From contig NC_043008.1 of assembly GCF_006345805.1 (NCBI RefSeq), positions 79,670,001-79,734,000 of the forward strand: 64,000 bases of DNA, given 5' to 3'. The notes below the pieces were generated by a model. It saw nothing but the letters and a program-made list of their open reading frames with translations. It had not been told where the DNA came from and made no database searches. Made by a program: the position numbers and the translations under genes. This document shows, one piece after another, positions 1 to 15,500 of the stretch (the stretch's first letter is position 1; every line of letters starts with the position of its first letter). The stretch is from Octopus sinensis. Its lineage: Eukaryota.

Positions 1-329
1 GAAATAAATTAGATGTGCTTTAAATTTAGACTATTTATAGGTGATATTGAGGACAATGTGAGACATCAGTAGTAATGTAGGTTAATTCACAGCCACTACA
101 ATTAAGAAGTGTAACTACAAAAAAAAAATAAATAAAAACTAGTATAAAGCAAGTGTTAACTGCATCACTATTATCGATATCTTTTGAAAAAAGTAAGATG
201 ACGTCGAAAGCCACGAGAAGTACAATGGCCGTCAGAGTGAGCCAGAGTTCCGTTAGTGGCAGACATTAAATACGGGCAGTTAACACATTTCAAAATAGAC
301 TTCCTAATGTAATATATATTAAAAAATGT

Positions 330-1450
330 GCAAAATATATAAAAGGGGAGGGGGGCTTCAGGAAAATACCTCCAAATAAGGAGGCTAACGATAGATGGGA
401 GTACTCCACATTCAATCTGAACTACATAAAACTGATTTGTGCGTCATCAGACTGAAGAAAGTTAAAAACGAATATTTATCAAAATTACAACGCAGTAGAA
501 ATTATGAAAAGCTAAATATTTCAAAGATTGATTTTAATGCTACATTTCAAGCAGAGTGACTCCCATTTAATTTGAAAAATTACAAAAATTTTCCTAAATA
601 TGCAGTTAAAAGGGTAACGGTACGGTTGTTTGAACGATTGCAGAGACGCCATACCAAAAGATTTAAATTACAAAATTTAAAACAAATTCCTTAAATCATG
701 TGTTACAAAATATTCAAATTTTTATATTAACCAGAGTTACAAAGAGAAAAAGTAAATCAAGAACGATAGGGAATCAGTAGACTTTGTAAGGAGTACGAAT
801 TAAGAGAACACCAAAAAAGGTAGTAGTAGCCTGATATATTGAAGAGACCACGTGTTTGTAACTAAAATACTATGAGCGAACTACATCGATGATTCTAGTT
901 GATAGTAGTGGGATAAGAAGTATGGACAAACCCGAAAAAGCACAGGCAGTCCTCCACCTACTTAAAGGGTTGAAAGAGTCAAGGCAAACCAGGTGAAACC
1001 AATAGAAAACGAAAATGCTTCTAAAAAAATTTAAGAGATTCTTTTTTATTAATCTGCCACGTGTCAATAAAACAATCTATCTAGGTAGAAAACTAATGTA
1101 ACAAAAATATGTCGATTCCACATGAAGGTGTAGAGCAAAAAAAAATTACAGTCAAATAAATTCACAGCAAGTGAATATAAAAGGCAGCCACATTGCTGAA
1201 GCCCACAAGCCACAACTAAAAATAAAGGACTTCGTTGAAAAATATGTCTGCTACAGGTATAAATCGATTTCTATTAACATCTATATTTCCCAACAAAACA
1301 ATCAGCTCAATATACGATCCAAAAGCACTCCTACACACCGACGCTTCGACTTTTACGTCAGCCAAGATTCCAGTTATTTTACCTAATCGCAAACTAAAAG
1401 CAGACATTCCACAGTGGAATGGCGTGAACCTGCATGATGTAGGGGAGGGG
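330..1450 (+). pseudogene. Highly degraded Ty3/gypsy pol remnant (RT to RNase H)
   Basis: Motif relics occur in gypsy order across frameshifts: AKY(F)SKIDF..FQ (~511-550), PFNLKN (~563), KPEKAQAV (~928) and LLHTDAS (~1330). Ends undefined. Confidence 0.45.
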
Positions 1451-3149
1451 TAACAAAATACCACACATTCTACACTTTAAGATTATTGCTGGAACCGAGC
1501 CTTACAGACATTTTTTCCTTTCACACAGAAGCGATAGTATTTTATTTACTAACCGGTTAATAAAGCCATATCCACTTTTTACGTTAAACCATTTAACCGT
1601 GCCGGATACTTTGGAAGCTGAAAAAGAAACAAAACGAAAACTAGAGATTGTTCAGAATATGTACAAAACACACTTCATTTTTTTTTTTTTTTTTTTAAGT
1701 GGGCATTTGTTTTTGTTTAAAACGGGGTTCGAAAGGTTTCCATGTGCGTATAAATATGCGTGTATATTATATGTATGCATCTAAAAGATATATATAATCG
1801 TGTAATCACATTAGTGAAGTGGGGAAGGCACGAACATTCCTTTTCGTTCGTTCTGTTTATATCCGAAAAGGGGGGAAAGATAACGAAAGAGTGGTACCTT
1901 TAGAGTTCACTTTAAAAATTATTCAAGCACTAAAAGTTCGAAACAGAGCGTCTACATTAAGACATTTCTTATGATACGATAAGGTAAATCGTATCAGAAA
2001 TAATGGCAGCAAAATAGGCACAATATATTAATAAGTTTAAAACCACGAGGTGAATTTTTTTCTTTCTTTTTTTTTTTAATAAGAGGAATATTTTATAAAA
2101 CAGTCACGAAATATAATGTATAATTTTACACAATAGCTACTGACTGAATAAAATACCCTCTTTATAGCCACGCACTGGAACCATGGCGAAGTGATAACAA
2201 ATGACATCCAAATAAGTAAAATGTCTACCTATTATCTTTTTTCCACTTGCAGCAGGTCTTTCTGTAGCTTCCACTTCCCCCTCTGGTTGTTTCTCAGAGT
2301 CGGACATGGCTGTTGATGGTACACTTCAGATGTTAAACACACGACCCTACGGTCACTGGACACTCACAATCTCTCTCTCTCCCTCTTTCGTTCTTTGTTC
2401 ACCTCTACTCATGATGACGACTACGAGAATTTATATGTGTGACGCCGGTTGCTACGAGCAGTTTCATTGGATAATTTTAAAGAAAAAATTAAAAGAATTC
2501 TTTTGATTGGTTAATATTTTCTCTAAGTAATTCCAAAATTAGAAAATTCGGTGAGCGTTTTTATTTATTTTAAATATTTCTCTCTAAAGAACGCAACTTT
2601 AAAAAAATTGTAGTAATTTTTTAAAACCAGTTTTTTGATGATTTCTATTTTTATTTTTAATCTTATTACAGAAAACCAAACAAAACAAATTGAAACAACA
2701 GAGTAAAAGAAAAAAAAAACTTACTGTTGAAATTAATGATAAAATAATTCTTCAGAAATAAATAATGATTTCACAAGTATTATTGATTTCAATGATAAAG
2801 TAACTATAGACTTCATAATGAGTTGAGGAAATTGAATCAATTTGATGTAAAAATAAATATGGGGACAGCCCGTCCCGAGCGGCAACACTTTCGGTTTTGC
2901 TATATAAGCCTATATTGGGCGTTGGGGGCGTAAACGAGAGAGCTACCTTGGGTATCACTGGCTACGTCACTGGTATAGAATTCCTTTTTGCTAAGATACC
3001 AAATGAAAATAGTTCTGAAAAGTAATTTATTCCTTATTTATTTACAGTTTGTTTGGTCATTTTCACACTTACAAGATATTCCAGACATTAATGTTTTTAG
3101 GTACAGTAAAACGTTTAGAGAAAATAAATTAGATTGTATGATGCCCAAC

Positions 3150-5200
3150 CTGCATGTATAGCATTAAAGGCCTGAGAAAAATCACTTCATTCTTGCAGTA
3201 AATCTCCACATCAGATTTTTAATATTGGAAGCAACATGTATATATTTCTCAGCTAAAAATTTTTGTCAACCAAATATTTTGTTGTGACACTGGTGACCCT
3301 GTCTCACAAATACTATGCAGTTTTTCATCAATATATCAAGCAACTTCAAATAACAACTTTGATATCAACATATCACTTGAAATGCTACCTGCAATATCAC
3401 CAACACCAACCCAAAGCATGTCCCTGAGAGTCTCAACATGCTGGATATGTGATCCAGCTATGTGGTTGATATACTTCGATGCACACTTCGACATATCACG
3501 TCAGATAACACCTGCATTTCATTTGTGAAAAGCCTCCTTCTGCCAGACATCCTGCCATAGATCTAAAATTTGATATTTCTGTTTGGCATTGTCTCTTATG
3601 AAACTCTCAAGTGAAAAATATGTCAGAATCACAGCAGCATCAGTTGACCAGCCGCTTATCACTGAATAGGTGAATAACAAAAAGGAATGAGTTTCTCCAA
3701 AGTTGTTTCTCTTTGCCTCCTTAATGACATGGCTGATTGCTGATGTATGCATCCAGAGTACCTAGGGACCCCCACTTTTTGGTCTGTAGATATGATATTA
3801 ATCTTTTGGTAATAATGGACCAAAAAATCTTCCCCCCCCCCAACATCTAACAGGGAGATCTTTCAAAATTAATCAAACCCTGAAGTCTGCTATGTTGAAA
3901 GGTGTGTGGAGTTTGAGTTTTGGCAGTGCAAAGGAACAATTTGTCAATGGAATATTTCTTCTGGGGTTCCCATGTACTGCCACTACCTTGCTTTTCATCT
4001 CTTCTCTGGAACATATCAGCCTTCCGCTTTTTGGTTTGCTGAGAAGGTCAGTTACAAACTTGAAGGGGTTATTAAAAAAAGACTCTCTCCCCCTCCTCTC
4101 TCTCACTCTCTCCATCTATCTACCTATCTATCTATCTATCTATGCTTTTTCCAGAGTGACTCTGCCCTGCAAAATGGAATAGGTTTCTTCATGACTCTGA
4201 GCTAAGCTAATTTAAGCCCACTTTTCCTTTATCTTCTTTACACCTTTTTTTCAGTAGTCATACTTCTTGCCTCATTTCTGCTATCTGACACTGCCTCTCA
4301 CTGGTATCATGTTGCTTGTTGGTTTTTCATTCCTTTATACCAAAGGCATCTTAGCATGTCAGCTATACCACTTGAACTATGCTTTTTACTCTCTTGTTCA
4401 AGTCTCTGTCCAACTAAGCTTATCTCAGATCTGCTGCTGGTGGTAAATTCAACCATAGTTTCTTCTTGGAGCCCTCAGGAATTCCAGATTTATCCACTTT
4501 TCTTGTTTCACTACCTTGGGCACTGTTATTTGCCTCCTGGCCTTTGGGCCTTTTCTGACAGACAAGCAGTGCTATTACTTGCAGAACTAGGCCTCTGAGT
4601 AGTATTTGTGTTACTGTGGTACTTTGATTTGCCTTGACAAATCATCATGCCTTGTTTGCTCTTCAATACTCCACCACAGACATTGCATTTCCTTCTGGTT
4701 TCACCTCACTGTCTTACCATTGTCCTATCTTGTAGTCTGACAACTCTTATGTGAGTCATTAACTCTGTGCTCTGTCCTTTTTAGCAGATTATCCTCCCAC
4801 TCCTTAGTCTGCTTGGTAGTCTTCCCTCAGTTTCATGCTTCTAGCTTGCTGCCATCTTTCTAAGCTGTTGTCCATTTTGTTCACAGATGTCAATGGGTCT
4901 TTCCTCATTGCCAATGGGCCTTTCTCCATAGTCATAACATTACATGTGAAATAAACTTTGGTGATGCTTAGATCCACATGGAAACTACAGGAGCTACTCA
5001 GGAATATTGCAAACTTCTCTTCACATGGTCAGAAGCTTTTCTATATCATCAGCAGGTATCTCAAGCTCACAAGTATTTCACCCCTTAGCTCATACACTTT
5101 GCCTGAGTGAGAACAGCAAGGATTGAATGAGTCTTCACCTGTGGAAGGGTTCCACCTGTAGTCTTTTGTCAACCACAGCCATGAATATTTGTTTTATCTG
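3150..5200 (-). mobile_element. Old HERO-clade non-LTR retrotransposon, degraded 5'/RT part
   Basis: ORF 3873-4115 has FFNNPFKFVTDLLSKPKSGRLICSREE, like the HERO 'FxxNPFKF...KSG.L.CS.EE' region. ORF 3519-3752 has HTSAISHVIKEAKRN (RT). An N-terminal zinc-finger relic CNVCGGVLKSKQGMMI lies at ~4650-4700. Confidence 0.65.
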
Positions 5201-5516
5201 TCTATAGAGTGTAAACTCTGAGAATAAACAACTGAAGTCAATAATGTAATATATCTATTCTACAGGGTAGACTAGATATGTTGCTAACAGCATCAGCAAC
5301 CTGAGCAGTCATCCAGAGTATCACATGCAGTGCCATGTCATGTGTTTGGGACATTCAAAATAAAAAGGGAAAATTAGAATAAAAAATAAACACTTTTCTT
5401 TTTTTTTTTTAAATTGTAATAAGCACTTCATTCCTACATTTACGTTTTTTATTCTTTGTGGAATTTTAAAAAGAAATTATGATTATAATGCTTGCATATT
5501 CATACTGAGATACAGT

Positions 5517-6893
5517 CAGTAAGGTGAGGGTTGGCAATGAGTACAGTAATGTATTCAGAGTACAAGTAGGGGTTCACCAAGGATCAATCCTCAGCCCCTT
5601 CCCTGTTTATCATAGTCCTCCAGGCAATAACAGAGGAATTTAAGACAGACTGCCCCTGGGAGCTCCTCTATGCTGATGACCTTGTTCTTATAGCTGAATC
5701 AATACCAGAACTAGCAAAGAAATTTCAGGTGTGGAAGCAAGGTCTGGAATTAACCTTGCAAAAACCAAAGTCTTAGTAAGTAGGAAGGCAGACAAATCAC
5801 AGATGCCTTCAAACAGGTGGCCCTGCTCAATCAGTAAAAAAGCATAGGTAGAAATTCAATAAAATGTACCCAGGGTAAGCTATGGACACATAAGAGGTGC
5901 AGCAATACCAGAGGATGGTTAACTAGGAAAATAGCTTTTGAGTGTGGAAGGTGCACAGGTACAATAACACTAAAAATGTATGTAAAATAAACTCCATCAA
6001 ATGCTAGGAGTGGGGAGCTAGAGGTAGTTGATAGCTTCCATTATCTAGGTATCCAAGTCAGTAGTGGAGGTGAATGCTCTGAGAGCATAGCTGCAAGAAT
6101 ACGAATAGGTTGGACAAAGTTCAGAGAGCTGCTACCTCTGTTGGCAACAAAGGACCTCTCTCTCAGAGTAAAAAGCAGACTTATGATGCTTGTGTGCAAA
6201 CAACTATGCTACATGGCAATGAAACATGGGCAGTGACCATTGAGGATGTGTAAGCTTGAAAGAAATGTCAGTGTGCATGTTTAACAGTGTAAGCATCCTG
6301 AGAAAAAGTTGGGCATAAAAAGCATCAGATGTGGTGGGCAAAAGAGATGACTGTGCTGGTTCATGTAATGCATATGGACAAGGACAACTGAGTAAAGAAG
6401 TGATGATCTCTAACTGTGGAGTGAACCTGTGGAAGAGGTATACCCAGGAGGACATGGGACAAGGTGGTGAAGCATGATCTTGAAATGTTGACCCTCACAG
6501 AGGCAATGACTAGTGACCAAGACCATTGGCGATATGCTGTGTTTGACAAGACCCATCAAGCCAAGTGAAGTCATAGTTATGGCCAATGCTAGTGTTACAT
6601 AACTGGCACATAAAAAGCACCTTTCAAGTGTTGGGCCTCACTTTTGGCAATATGCCATGCTTAGTAGAAAACCCATCAAGCCAAGTGAAATCATCGTAGA
6701 TACTGGTGTTACGCAACTGGCATGTTTAAGCACCCATGACACTCTAAAAATGATTGGTGTTAGGGAGGGCATCCAGCCATTGAAACCATGCCAAATCAGA
6801 TTGGAGTCTGGTGCAGCCCCTCAGTTTACGAGTCCTGGTCAAACCATGCAATCCATGTCAGCATGGACAACAGATGTATGATGATGATGGGGA
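5517..6893 (+). mobile_element. 5'-truncated RTE-like LINE (RT C-terminal half, 3' UTR and (GAT)n tail)
   Basis: Translates KVRVGNEYSNVFRVQVGVHQGSILSP...CPWELLYADDLVLIAES and ends in atgatgatgatg. Same family as 10.2-11.8 kb and 36 kb. Confidence 0.85.
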
Positions 6894-7751
6894 TATACTA
6901 AGACAAACTTTTCTGGTCTGTCAATCTTTTGATTTCCTAACCAACACAAGTTATCCCATCAATTATTTCCTTCATTTTTCTTTTAAATCCAGTTGACAGC
7001 AGTTGTGAATTTCATCCAATAGTATATCACTGTTGCCACCACCACCACCACCATTTTTCTTGTTGATATTCATTTCATACCAGCTTTTGATAATATATTT
7101 AATGATGCCTAAATTTACTGCACTATATTTATTGTTTTGGTAAAGCTATTATTATTCTGAAAAATATATTAAATATATCATACTTTACCTCAATGGGAAA
7201 GTACTTCTTAGCAGAGATCCAGATTATTGAGTCCTTTTTCAAAAGATACACTCCTCAAGAAGCCCTGAGACATAGGACACAACTCAAACAATGTTCACAG
7301 TTTGAACTCATGTCCAAGTGGATTTTTTTCATGTGTCATAGGACTTGCTAGAAATAACAACTAAATCACCCTCCAACATTTTAAAGTTTTATTTTCCTGA
7401 TAGGAGGCTGTAAGTCAAATCCCTCAATCATGCAGATGGCACCCACCAACTTCAGTTTCTGAAACATTGGTCAGGATCAGTAGGAAGAGTCTAACAGGGA
7501 AAGGTGCAATGAAATGGTTGTCATTTCAATGAACTAAGACATCATTGAAATTTTGGCTCAACTTTAATGAACAAGCAGATTGGTTCTGCATCAATCAGGG
7601 GGAGCTTAAAAAATATAACCTAAAAATCTCGTCTCAATACCAATTTGGTTAGATGATCATATCTGACAAGTTCATCCTGACTGTGACGATAGCCAAAGAA
7701 AATTTTCTCAGACTGCATTGTTTTTGGGGACTTGAAATGATGTCTTGCAAA

Positions 7752-9330
7752 CAACTTGCACATGCAAGTGCTACCAGTTAAAAGCTCTGTATATCGGAAG
7801 CTAGCAAGTGTATGGGGTCATCAGGAGAGAATGCACGCCGTTTCGGGGCCTGCCTCTCGACGGCATCAATGCGCACTGGCCCCCCTCACTGATATGAGGC
7901 CCCGCTTGCTAGATCAGCTGGTTATGAAGAACTCAATATACTTCTAGCCATCGCTCATCGTCTCTTTTTAACCAAATCCAGTGGCTAGCCTTCTCCACTG
8001 TAGATTGGATATCAGTCATGGTGGTATTGACTTTACGATGAGTTAGGCCTAACGATATCAACAGTCGTCTCACGCTGTGTCCTACAAACCCTCTACATCC
8101 GACTTCGATAGGAAAATGTTCCGCTTTCCAGCCTGCGTCTTCACATTCCTCGAGGAGGTTTTCATAACGGTTTAATTTTCGAGCTCGAGCGGCGTCCATA
8201 TTATCTTCGTGAGGAACCGTTAGCTCGACTATATATACAACTTTCTTTCACACCACATCAAAATATCTGGTTTTTTCGAAACTGGGATGGGAAAGAAAAC
8301 CTGGCACCCAGGTAAATCTGCAGTTACCTCCCAATAGCCGTTCCACTTTTCATTTTTCTCAGGAAGTTTCTTGGTCTTCTTCTTGAAACGGATCTGCTGA
8401 CCTGGTCGCACGAAGGTAATGAACTCTCTTGATGGTACTTTTAACGATTTTTCCTCAGTGTTGTTGAGATGAATTTGGTTCTTTATAGCATTGAAGATAA
8501 CCTTAAGGACCAAGTTGTGCCTCCATGTGTACCTGTTCAATGCTAATGAACAGTTGGAAAGAATATGTTTTAGTGTACCGACTTTTCCACATTTGCAGAT
8601 GTCATTCTCTAAGACGTTCCATCTTACTAGATTCGTAGGTGATGGCAAAACATCATAAGATGAACGAATCAGGAAACTCAGCCGAGATGTCGTCCACTTC
8701 CACATCGCATCCCAACTTATCTTCCTCTCAACAACATGTTCTTCCCATCTCGTCATCTGACCTTGATGAACACATCGGATCAAATGAAGCTCTCTTCTCT
8801 CTGCTTCTCTTGTTTTGACACTGTTGCTAACAACAGATCTGCGTTCACGCGACATCATGCTTGCAAACGGTCTGAACTGATCTGCGCCAAAACCAAATTC
8901 TTTCCGATGGTTCTGCATTGCTTCCACCATACCTCTGTGTATAAGAGAAGACAAGATGTTGTCAGTTTCTGCTTCTGCTTTCCACTTCCTGGCTGTTTTC
9001 ACCTCTGGTGGGTTATGCCTGATTTCCATATCCTTCGATTCTCTCAGGATCATGACCGTCCGTATCTTCCCCAACTTATATGTATTTCAACTATTGATGC
9101 TATTGGTAACTGCAACGAACCTCTTTTACGATAAAGAGCTGAGCTGTTCAACATACAAGGTAGACCTAGCCACTTTCTAATGAACACATTACATTTTTGT
9201 TCAATCTTTTCAACTCGTGACAATGCTACTTCGTATATTAAAAGTGGCCACGCAAGTCGCGGGTACAAGCCGAACTGCAAGCACCAAATTTTATATTTAC
9301 CTGGTAACTTCGAAACATCAAAAGAAAGAA
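7752..9330 (-). mobile_element. HERO-clade RLE non-LTR retrotransposon, 5'-truncated copy 1
   Basis: ORFs 9050-9358, 8229-9074 and 7933-8199 give KLPGKYKIWC, CCHC finger CKCGKVGTLKHILSNC, RYTWRHN, KPDIL...ELTVP (PD-(D/E)xK) and FPIEVGCRGF. Frameshifted. Confidence 0.92.
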
Positions 9331-10174
9331 CTGAAGAGATATAATTTTGACATTGCATTGTAAAACATGACTACCTAATGAAAAACAATGAACAGAAATT
9401 GAAACCTGCTACATATTCTTTTACAAGGGAAGGCAAAATGAATATCAACGGCTAAATAGAGTTAGGTTTGCCATCAAAACTTCCAATGTGAACTAACTAA
9501 ACATGTTTCCTCATGCTATCAATGAATAAATCTTCTCTATGGAACTTACATAGAGTTCCCTAATTGTTCTGAAAACTTTGACTGACAACAAATTGATAAA
9601 GTAATTGATTACTGAAAAGAAGTTTCAATTCAGTTCCATAATAGATCAGTTGAGACTAATCATGATATAACGAAAAGGTTAATTCATTGTATTGAAATTT
9701 GGGCCTATCAAGAATTACCACTTGGAGGACATGGTGAAACAGAAGAATCAAACAATAAGGGTAATTTTCTGGCTATATGTGAAGCAGTAGTGGAATGCAA
9801 TGATTGTTTAAGATCACACTTAGATTTCTGGACTTTCATAATTTGTGTTATTATTTTTTTTCTAAACTAGTTCTATTTAATGAGCTTTCTGCAATAAGTG
9901 AGGACAAGGATCTTAGTTCTTAATTTTGCTTCTTTTTTCTTATTCCATTTCTTGCACCAACCTACTTCATGTTTTTTCCATGTCTTTTCTTATTTTCTTA
10001 CTGTCCAGCATCATTGGTTTAAAAAGAATATGTATAATGCATAAACAGAGCCTGAAAGATTGCTTTAATATACATGGCATATTTTATAGATATGCCTGTT
10101 GAAGCATCATATTAACATGAAACAATTAGTAGCTCTTTTAGTTTTGTATTTAATTTGATATATATATTTGTATG

Positions 10175-11790
10175 TCATCATCATCATCATAATCATTGTT
10201 TAACGACTATTTTCCATGCAGGCATGGGTTGGACAGTTTGATTGAGGTCTGGAGTGCCAGCAACTGCACCAGGCTCCAATCTGATCTGGCAATGTTTCTA
10301 CAGCTGGATGCCCTTCCTAATGCCAACCACTTCAAGAGTGTAGTGGGTGCCTTTTACATGCTACCAGCACAGGGGCCAATCAGACGGACTTGGCATCGAC
10401 CACATTCAGATGGTGCTTTTTACATGCCACCGATACAGGAGCCAGTCAGCGGGTACTGGCATTGACCACATTCAGATTGGTTCTTTTTATGTGCATGGGA
10501 GCCCATCAGACAGACCTGGCATTGATCACATTCAGATGGTACTTATTAGGTGCCACTGAGGGCACTGGCAACAGCTATGATATTGGTTTTACTTAATTCA
10601 ACAGGTCTTCTCAAGCATATCATATCGCACAATGCATCAGGGGTACTCTTAACTGGGCTGGACATGCATGGCTGCAATATCACTTTAGTTGCTGGGTCTT
10701 CTCAATCACAACATATCTCCAAAGGTCTCAGTCTCCTATCATTGCTTCTGTGAAGCCCAATGTTCAAAGGTCATGCTTCACCACCTCATCCAATGTTTTC
10801 CTGGATCTACCTCTTCCACAGTTATGGAGTGGAACTTCCTCATGCAGCTGTCTCATCCATTCATAGTACATGACCATACCAGCGCAGTTGTCTCTCTCAC
10901 ATTTGATGCTTCTTATGACCAACTCAGGGCACTTACACGCTGTCGTGTATGCACACTGACATTACACATCCAGTGGATCATACTAGCTTCATTTCTTTCA
11001 AGCCTGCGCATGTCCTCAGTAGTCATGGCTCATGTTTCACTGCTGTGTAGCATGGCAATTTGCACACATGCATCATACAGTCTACCTTTCATCCTGAGCA
11101 AGAGGCCCTTAGTTGCCAGCAGAAGTAGGAGCTCCCTGAACTTTGCCCAGGCTGTTCTTATTCTAGCTGCTACACTCTCAGAGCAACCACCCCAACTAAA
11201 GCCTTGGTTGCCTAGGTAGCGGAAGCTATTAACTACTTCTAGTTTCTCTCACTGGTATGTGATGGAATCTGTTTTCTGTGCATCTTCAGTGTTTATTTCT
11301 CCTTTGATATTGTTGCACCTTTTATGTGTCCATAGCATACACCAAGTACATCGTATGGAGTTTCTACCCACGCCTTTTCTATAGATTGTGCAGGGATATC
11401 TACCTGAAGGGGATTGTGGTTTGACAGCTTTCCTACTTACTAAGACTTCAGTTTTTTCTAGGTTGCCCCTAGGCCTTTCGATTCTAGACCTTACTTCCAC
11501 ACCCTAAACTTGTCTCCAGTTCTGGCAGTGACTTGACTATTAAGGCAAGGTCATCAGCACAGAGGAGCTCCCAGGGGCAACTTGTCTTGAATTCCTCTGT
11601 TACTGCCTGGAAGACTATAATGAATAAGAGAGGACTGAGGACTGATCTTTGGTGAACCCCTACTTTTACTCGGAATTCTTCACTATACTCGTTGCTAACC
11701 CTCACCTTACAGACAGTATCCCTGTACAGGGCTTGTACAGCTCTTACCAACCACTCGTCTATCCCCAGTTTCTGCATTGACCACCAGATA
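10175..11790 (-). mobile_element. 5'-truncated RTE-like LINE with ~60-bp 3' UTR tandem repeats and (TGA)n tail
   Basis: ORF 11484-11864 has GVHQRSVLSPLLF...WELLCADDL. Three GGCATYGAYCACATTCAGAT repeats at ~10390-10540. (TCA)n at 10175. Confidence 0.85.
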
Positions 11791-12599
11791 TATATATACA
11801 GGGTGCAAATTATGCAAAAATGAAAATAACACTGACATCTTATTTTAACAGATATATTTACCAAAATTACATAAAAGTATCTTGAAATACTAAAGAGTAA
11901 ATTTATGTATGTATGTATGTACGTATGTTTTTCATCCCGTCAAAACCCGTCAAAGGGCGGAGGAACTCTTGAGGGTCAACGGCAATCCAATAAATGTGTA
12001 ATTATATATTTACTGTATATCTGCCTTATTCTCACTAATTTTTATATATTGTATATATATTGTATATATATTGTATATATATAGCTTGCTCATTATATAA
12101 ATTTTTATATACTTCACATCATATATTTTATGTATATTTTGTATATCAATGTTTTTTCCATACATATATATATATCGTATGTTTTATTTATTTTTTTTTC
12201 TCCTTATATCAATCTTATCCAGCTTAAGGCTGTATCATGCACAGGGACATAGAAATAATCGGACTGAATACCCAATCGTGCGGTTAAACCATTGGGAGTG
12301 AAGGACTCCTAGCCTTTGTTAGGGCATCCTTCTAGGAGAAGGCAACTCAGGTAACTGGGATAACTCCGACATAAAACCTGCGGCTCAGTGGTTACCGATG
12401 ATGTTGACTTGTTCTTCTTTTCAGATTATGGCTGCTGTTGCTTAGTGAGTGGGATTGACCCAGTGCACAGCCTTTCCTCACTTTAAAAAAAATTTTTTTG
12501 CACGGGCATTGCACGATAACAACATTGATTGATTGATTAAATTGATTAACTAATTCATGATTGTTGATAGTGCTGTGAGTCTCAACTGAATGGCTGGCT

Positions 12600-15500
12600 G
12601 TAGCCTTAAAAAGCAAAAAATCAATGATGTACCAAAACAGTATAAAAATAAATGGCAGTAAGGACTCTGGAACCACATCAGATGAAAGAGTCTGGCCCGG
12701 CAAGGTCTCCAGAGCATCACAGTCTGAACCCAGCCGTCATCATGCTACTATAATAGAATCAAATAAAATATTGAATATTGGCTGTTGGAATGTACAGATG
12801 CTTCTTGACTGCAAGTCTTCAGAATGTCCTGAAAGAAGGATTGAGCTTGTTGCAAAAGAGCTTCAACGCTATGATCTTGACATTGTTGCTTTATCTGAGA
12901 CGAGATTACCTGGAGATGGTCATCTTACAGAATCTTGTGGAAATATTCATTCTTTTGGAAAGGGAGGAATGAAGAGGAGAGGCTGGAGCGGCACTTGCTG
13001 TTAAGACTACTCTTGTGGACAAGTTGGAAAAATTCCCAGTCGGAATTAACGAGCGTCTTATGTCCACGAGAATTCTTTTGGTTAAAGGAAATTATGTGAC
13101 CTTGGTGAGTGTGTATGTTCCAACTATGTGCTGTACTGATGACAAAACAATTTCTTTCTACCATGCTTTGAAGGGCATTATAAGAAATATCCCTCAGGCA
13201 GACAAAGTCATCGTAGTGGGTGACTTTAATGCTAGAGTGGGTAGGGATTTTAACACATGGACTGTAATTGGAAAGTATGGGGTGGGAAAGTGTAATAGTA
13301 ATGACATGCTTTTGCTGCAGATGCGTGCGGAGCTGCGTCTGTGTGTTACCAATACCATGTTTCAACAAAAGAATAAGTTTAAGCCGACATGGATGCACCC
13401 GGCATCTAAAGAATGGCATATTCTGGATTACATCCTTGTTAGGGTGCATGACAGACAGGATGTGCAGTGTGTTTGTGTTCTTTGTGGAGCTGTGTATTGG
13501 ACTGACCACCGCCTAGTATGTACAAAAGTGAAATTAGTCACAAAACATAAAATCCAAGCTGCAGGGATTACTCTGCCTAAAAGACTGAATGCTGATCGTC
13601 TTAGGTGTAATAGTGTGAAGAGAACTTTACGAGAGGAAATGAATGCTGCAGATATCAGTTTATGATATAGTCAAGAAAGTTCTGGGATTGATACAAAGAA
13701 GGCATCAAGAAAATGATGAACATATAGATGATTTATTGGCATAAAAGACATACTTTGTTATGCTATTTGTCAGCAAAGCCACAGAAAAGGGAAGTATTGC
13801 ATAGGGAACTCAAGGATGTAAAATCACGTGTGAAGCAAAGGTTCTCTCAGATGAGGGATACATGGTGGAGTAATAGGGCTGATGAGATACAGGCAGCATC
13901 AAATTCCAATAACACAATGCTGTTGTATGGTCTCTTGTGAGAAGTTTATGGACCGACGTCTTCCCTGATGACACCACTTCGAAGCAGGGATGGTAAAGAA
14001 CTTCTTCGTGATTCACAAGGAATTCTGCGAAGGTGGCAAGAACACTTTGATGAACTTTTGAATCAGCAGTCTGTAGTTAGTGAGGATGTTCTCAATCTCA
14101 TCCCTGGATTACCTGTAAAGGCAGCACTTGCAGAACCACCAAAGTTGGAAGAAGCTGCAATGGCTGTCTCAAGGTTGAATAATGGGAAGTCTCCGAGTAT
14201 GGATGGCATACATGCGGAGTTGTTACAGCATGGTGGTGAGAAACTTCACTCTTTGTTTGGTAAGATATGGACTAGTGAATCTGTACCTGAGGACTGGAGA
14301 GATACAGTAATGGTTGTCCTGTATAAGGTAAAGGGCAACAGGAATGATTGTGGTAATTATAGAGGAGTATCATTGCTGTCTGTCGTAAGAAAGGTTTTAT
14401 GCAGGGTACTTCTGGATCGTCTGCTGAAACACATTGCAGATTGTGTTCTTCAAGAAAGGCAATCTGGCTTTCGTGTGGGATGTGGCAGTGCTGATATGAT
14501 CTTTTCAGCTAGACAGCTTCAGGAGAAGTGTGTGGAACGAGGTCTGGATTTGTATCAGGTTTTTGTCGATCTGACAAAAGTCTTTGATACCGTTAATAGA
14601 AAAGCATTGTGGAAAGTCCTCCAGAAACTTGGGTATCCTGAAGAGTTCCTTGCTTTGGTTAGATCTTTTCATGAAGGCATGAAGGGTAGGGTTAATGTTA
14701 GAGGGAAGATGTCGGAGCCCATTTCAATACAAAATAGAGTGAAACAAGGGGATATTCTGGCACCGACCATATTTTCCATATATTTTGCAATGGTTTTCTG
14801 TATTGCATTCAGAAACTGCAGATATGATGTTTACATCCATTATCAAGCCTCTAGCAGCATATTTAATATTAGGCACTTTGCTGCAAAAACAAATGTATTT
14901 ACCTCTATCATAAGAGACCTTTTGTATGCAGATGATTGTGAGCTAGTAGCGCACACAGAGACTGATATACAACACATTTTGAATGCATTCTCTGATACTT
15001 TCACTGTCTTAGGATTGACAGTCAATCTCAAGAAAACTGTTGTCATGTACCAACCTGCCCCTGGTAAGCAGTATAGTGTACCAAATATCTATGTGTATGG
15101 TAAACGACTTGATGTAGTTGATCAGTTTGTCTACGTGGGAAGCACTATTAATAGATATAGCAATTTGGATGATGAAATTCCATATAGGATTAGGAAAGCA
15201 AGTGTTGCTTTCGGAAGGCTAGAAAGGTGCCTCTGGAGTCAGTGAGACATATGCAGAAAAACAAAGATAAAGGGGTACAAGGCATGTGTGCTCCCTTCTC
15301 TTCTCTATGCCTGTGAGACGTGGGTCACATATCGATACCACCTTAAACATCTGGAACGTTTCCATCAGATGTATCTCAAACAGATCTATGGCATTAAGTG
15401 GGAGGACTGCATCAGTGATCTTGAAATATTGGAAGGCTCTCAGTGCAAAAGTATAGAAGCTCTTGTGTTAAAGCAAAGGCTCAGATGGAGTGGTCATCTG

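Noticed and set aside
3150-9330. Old HERO 5' part plus HERO copy 1 as one split element
   Set aside because: The order is wrong for the minus strand, and the two differ greatly in degree of decay.
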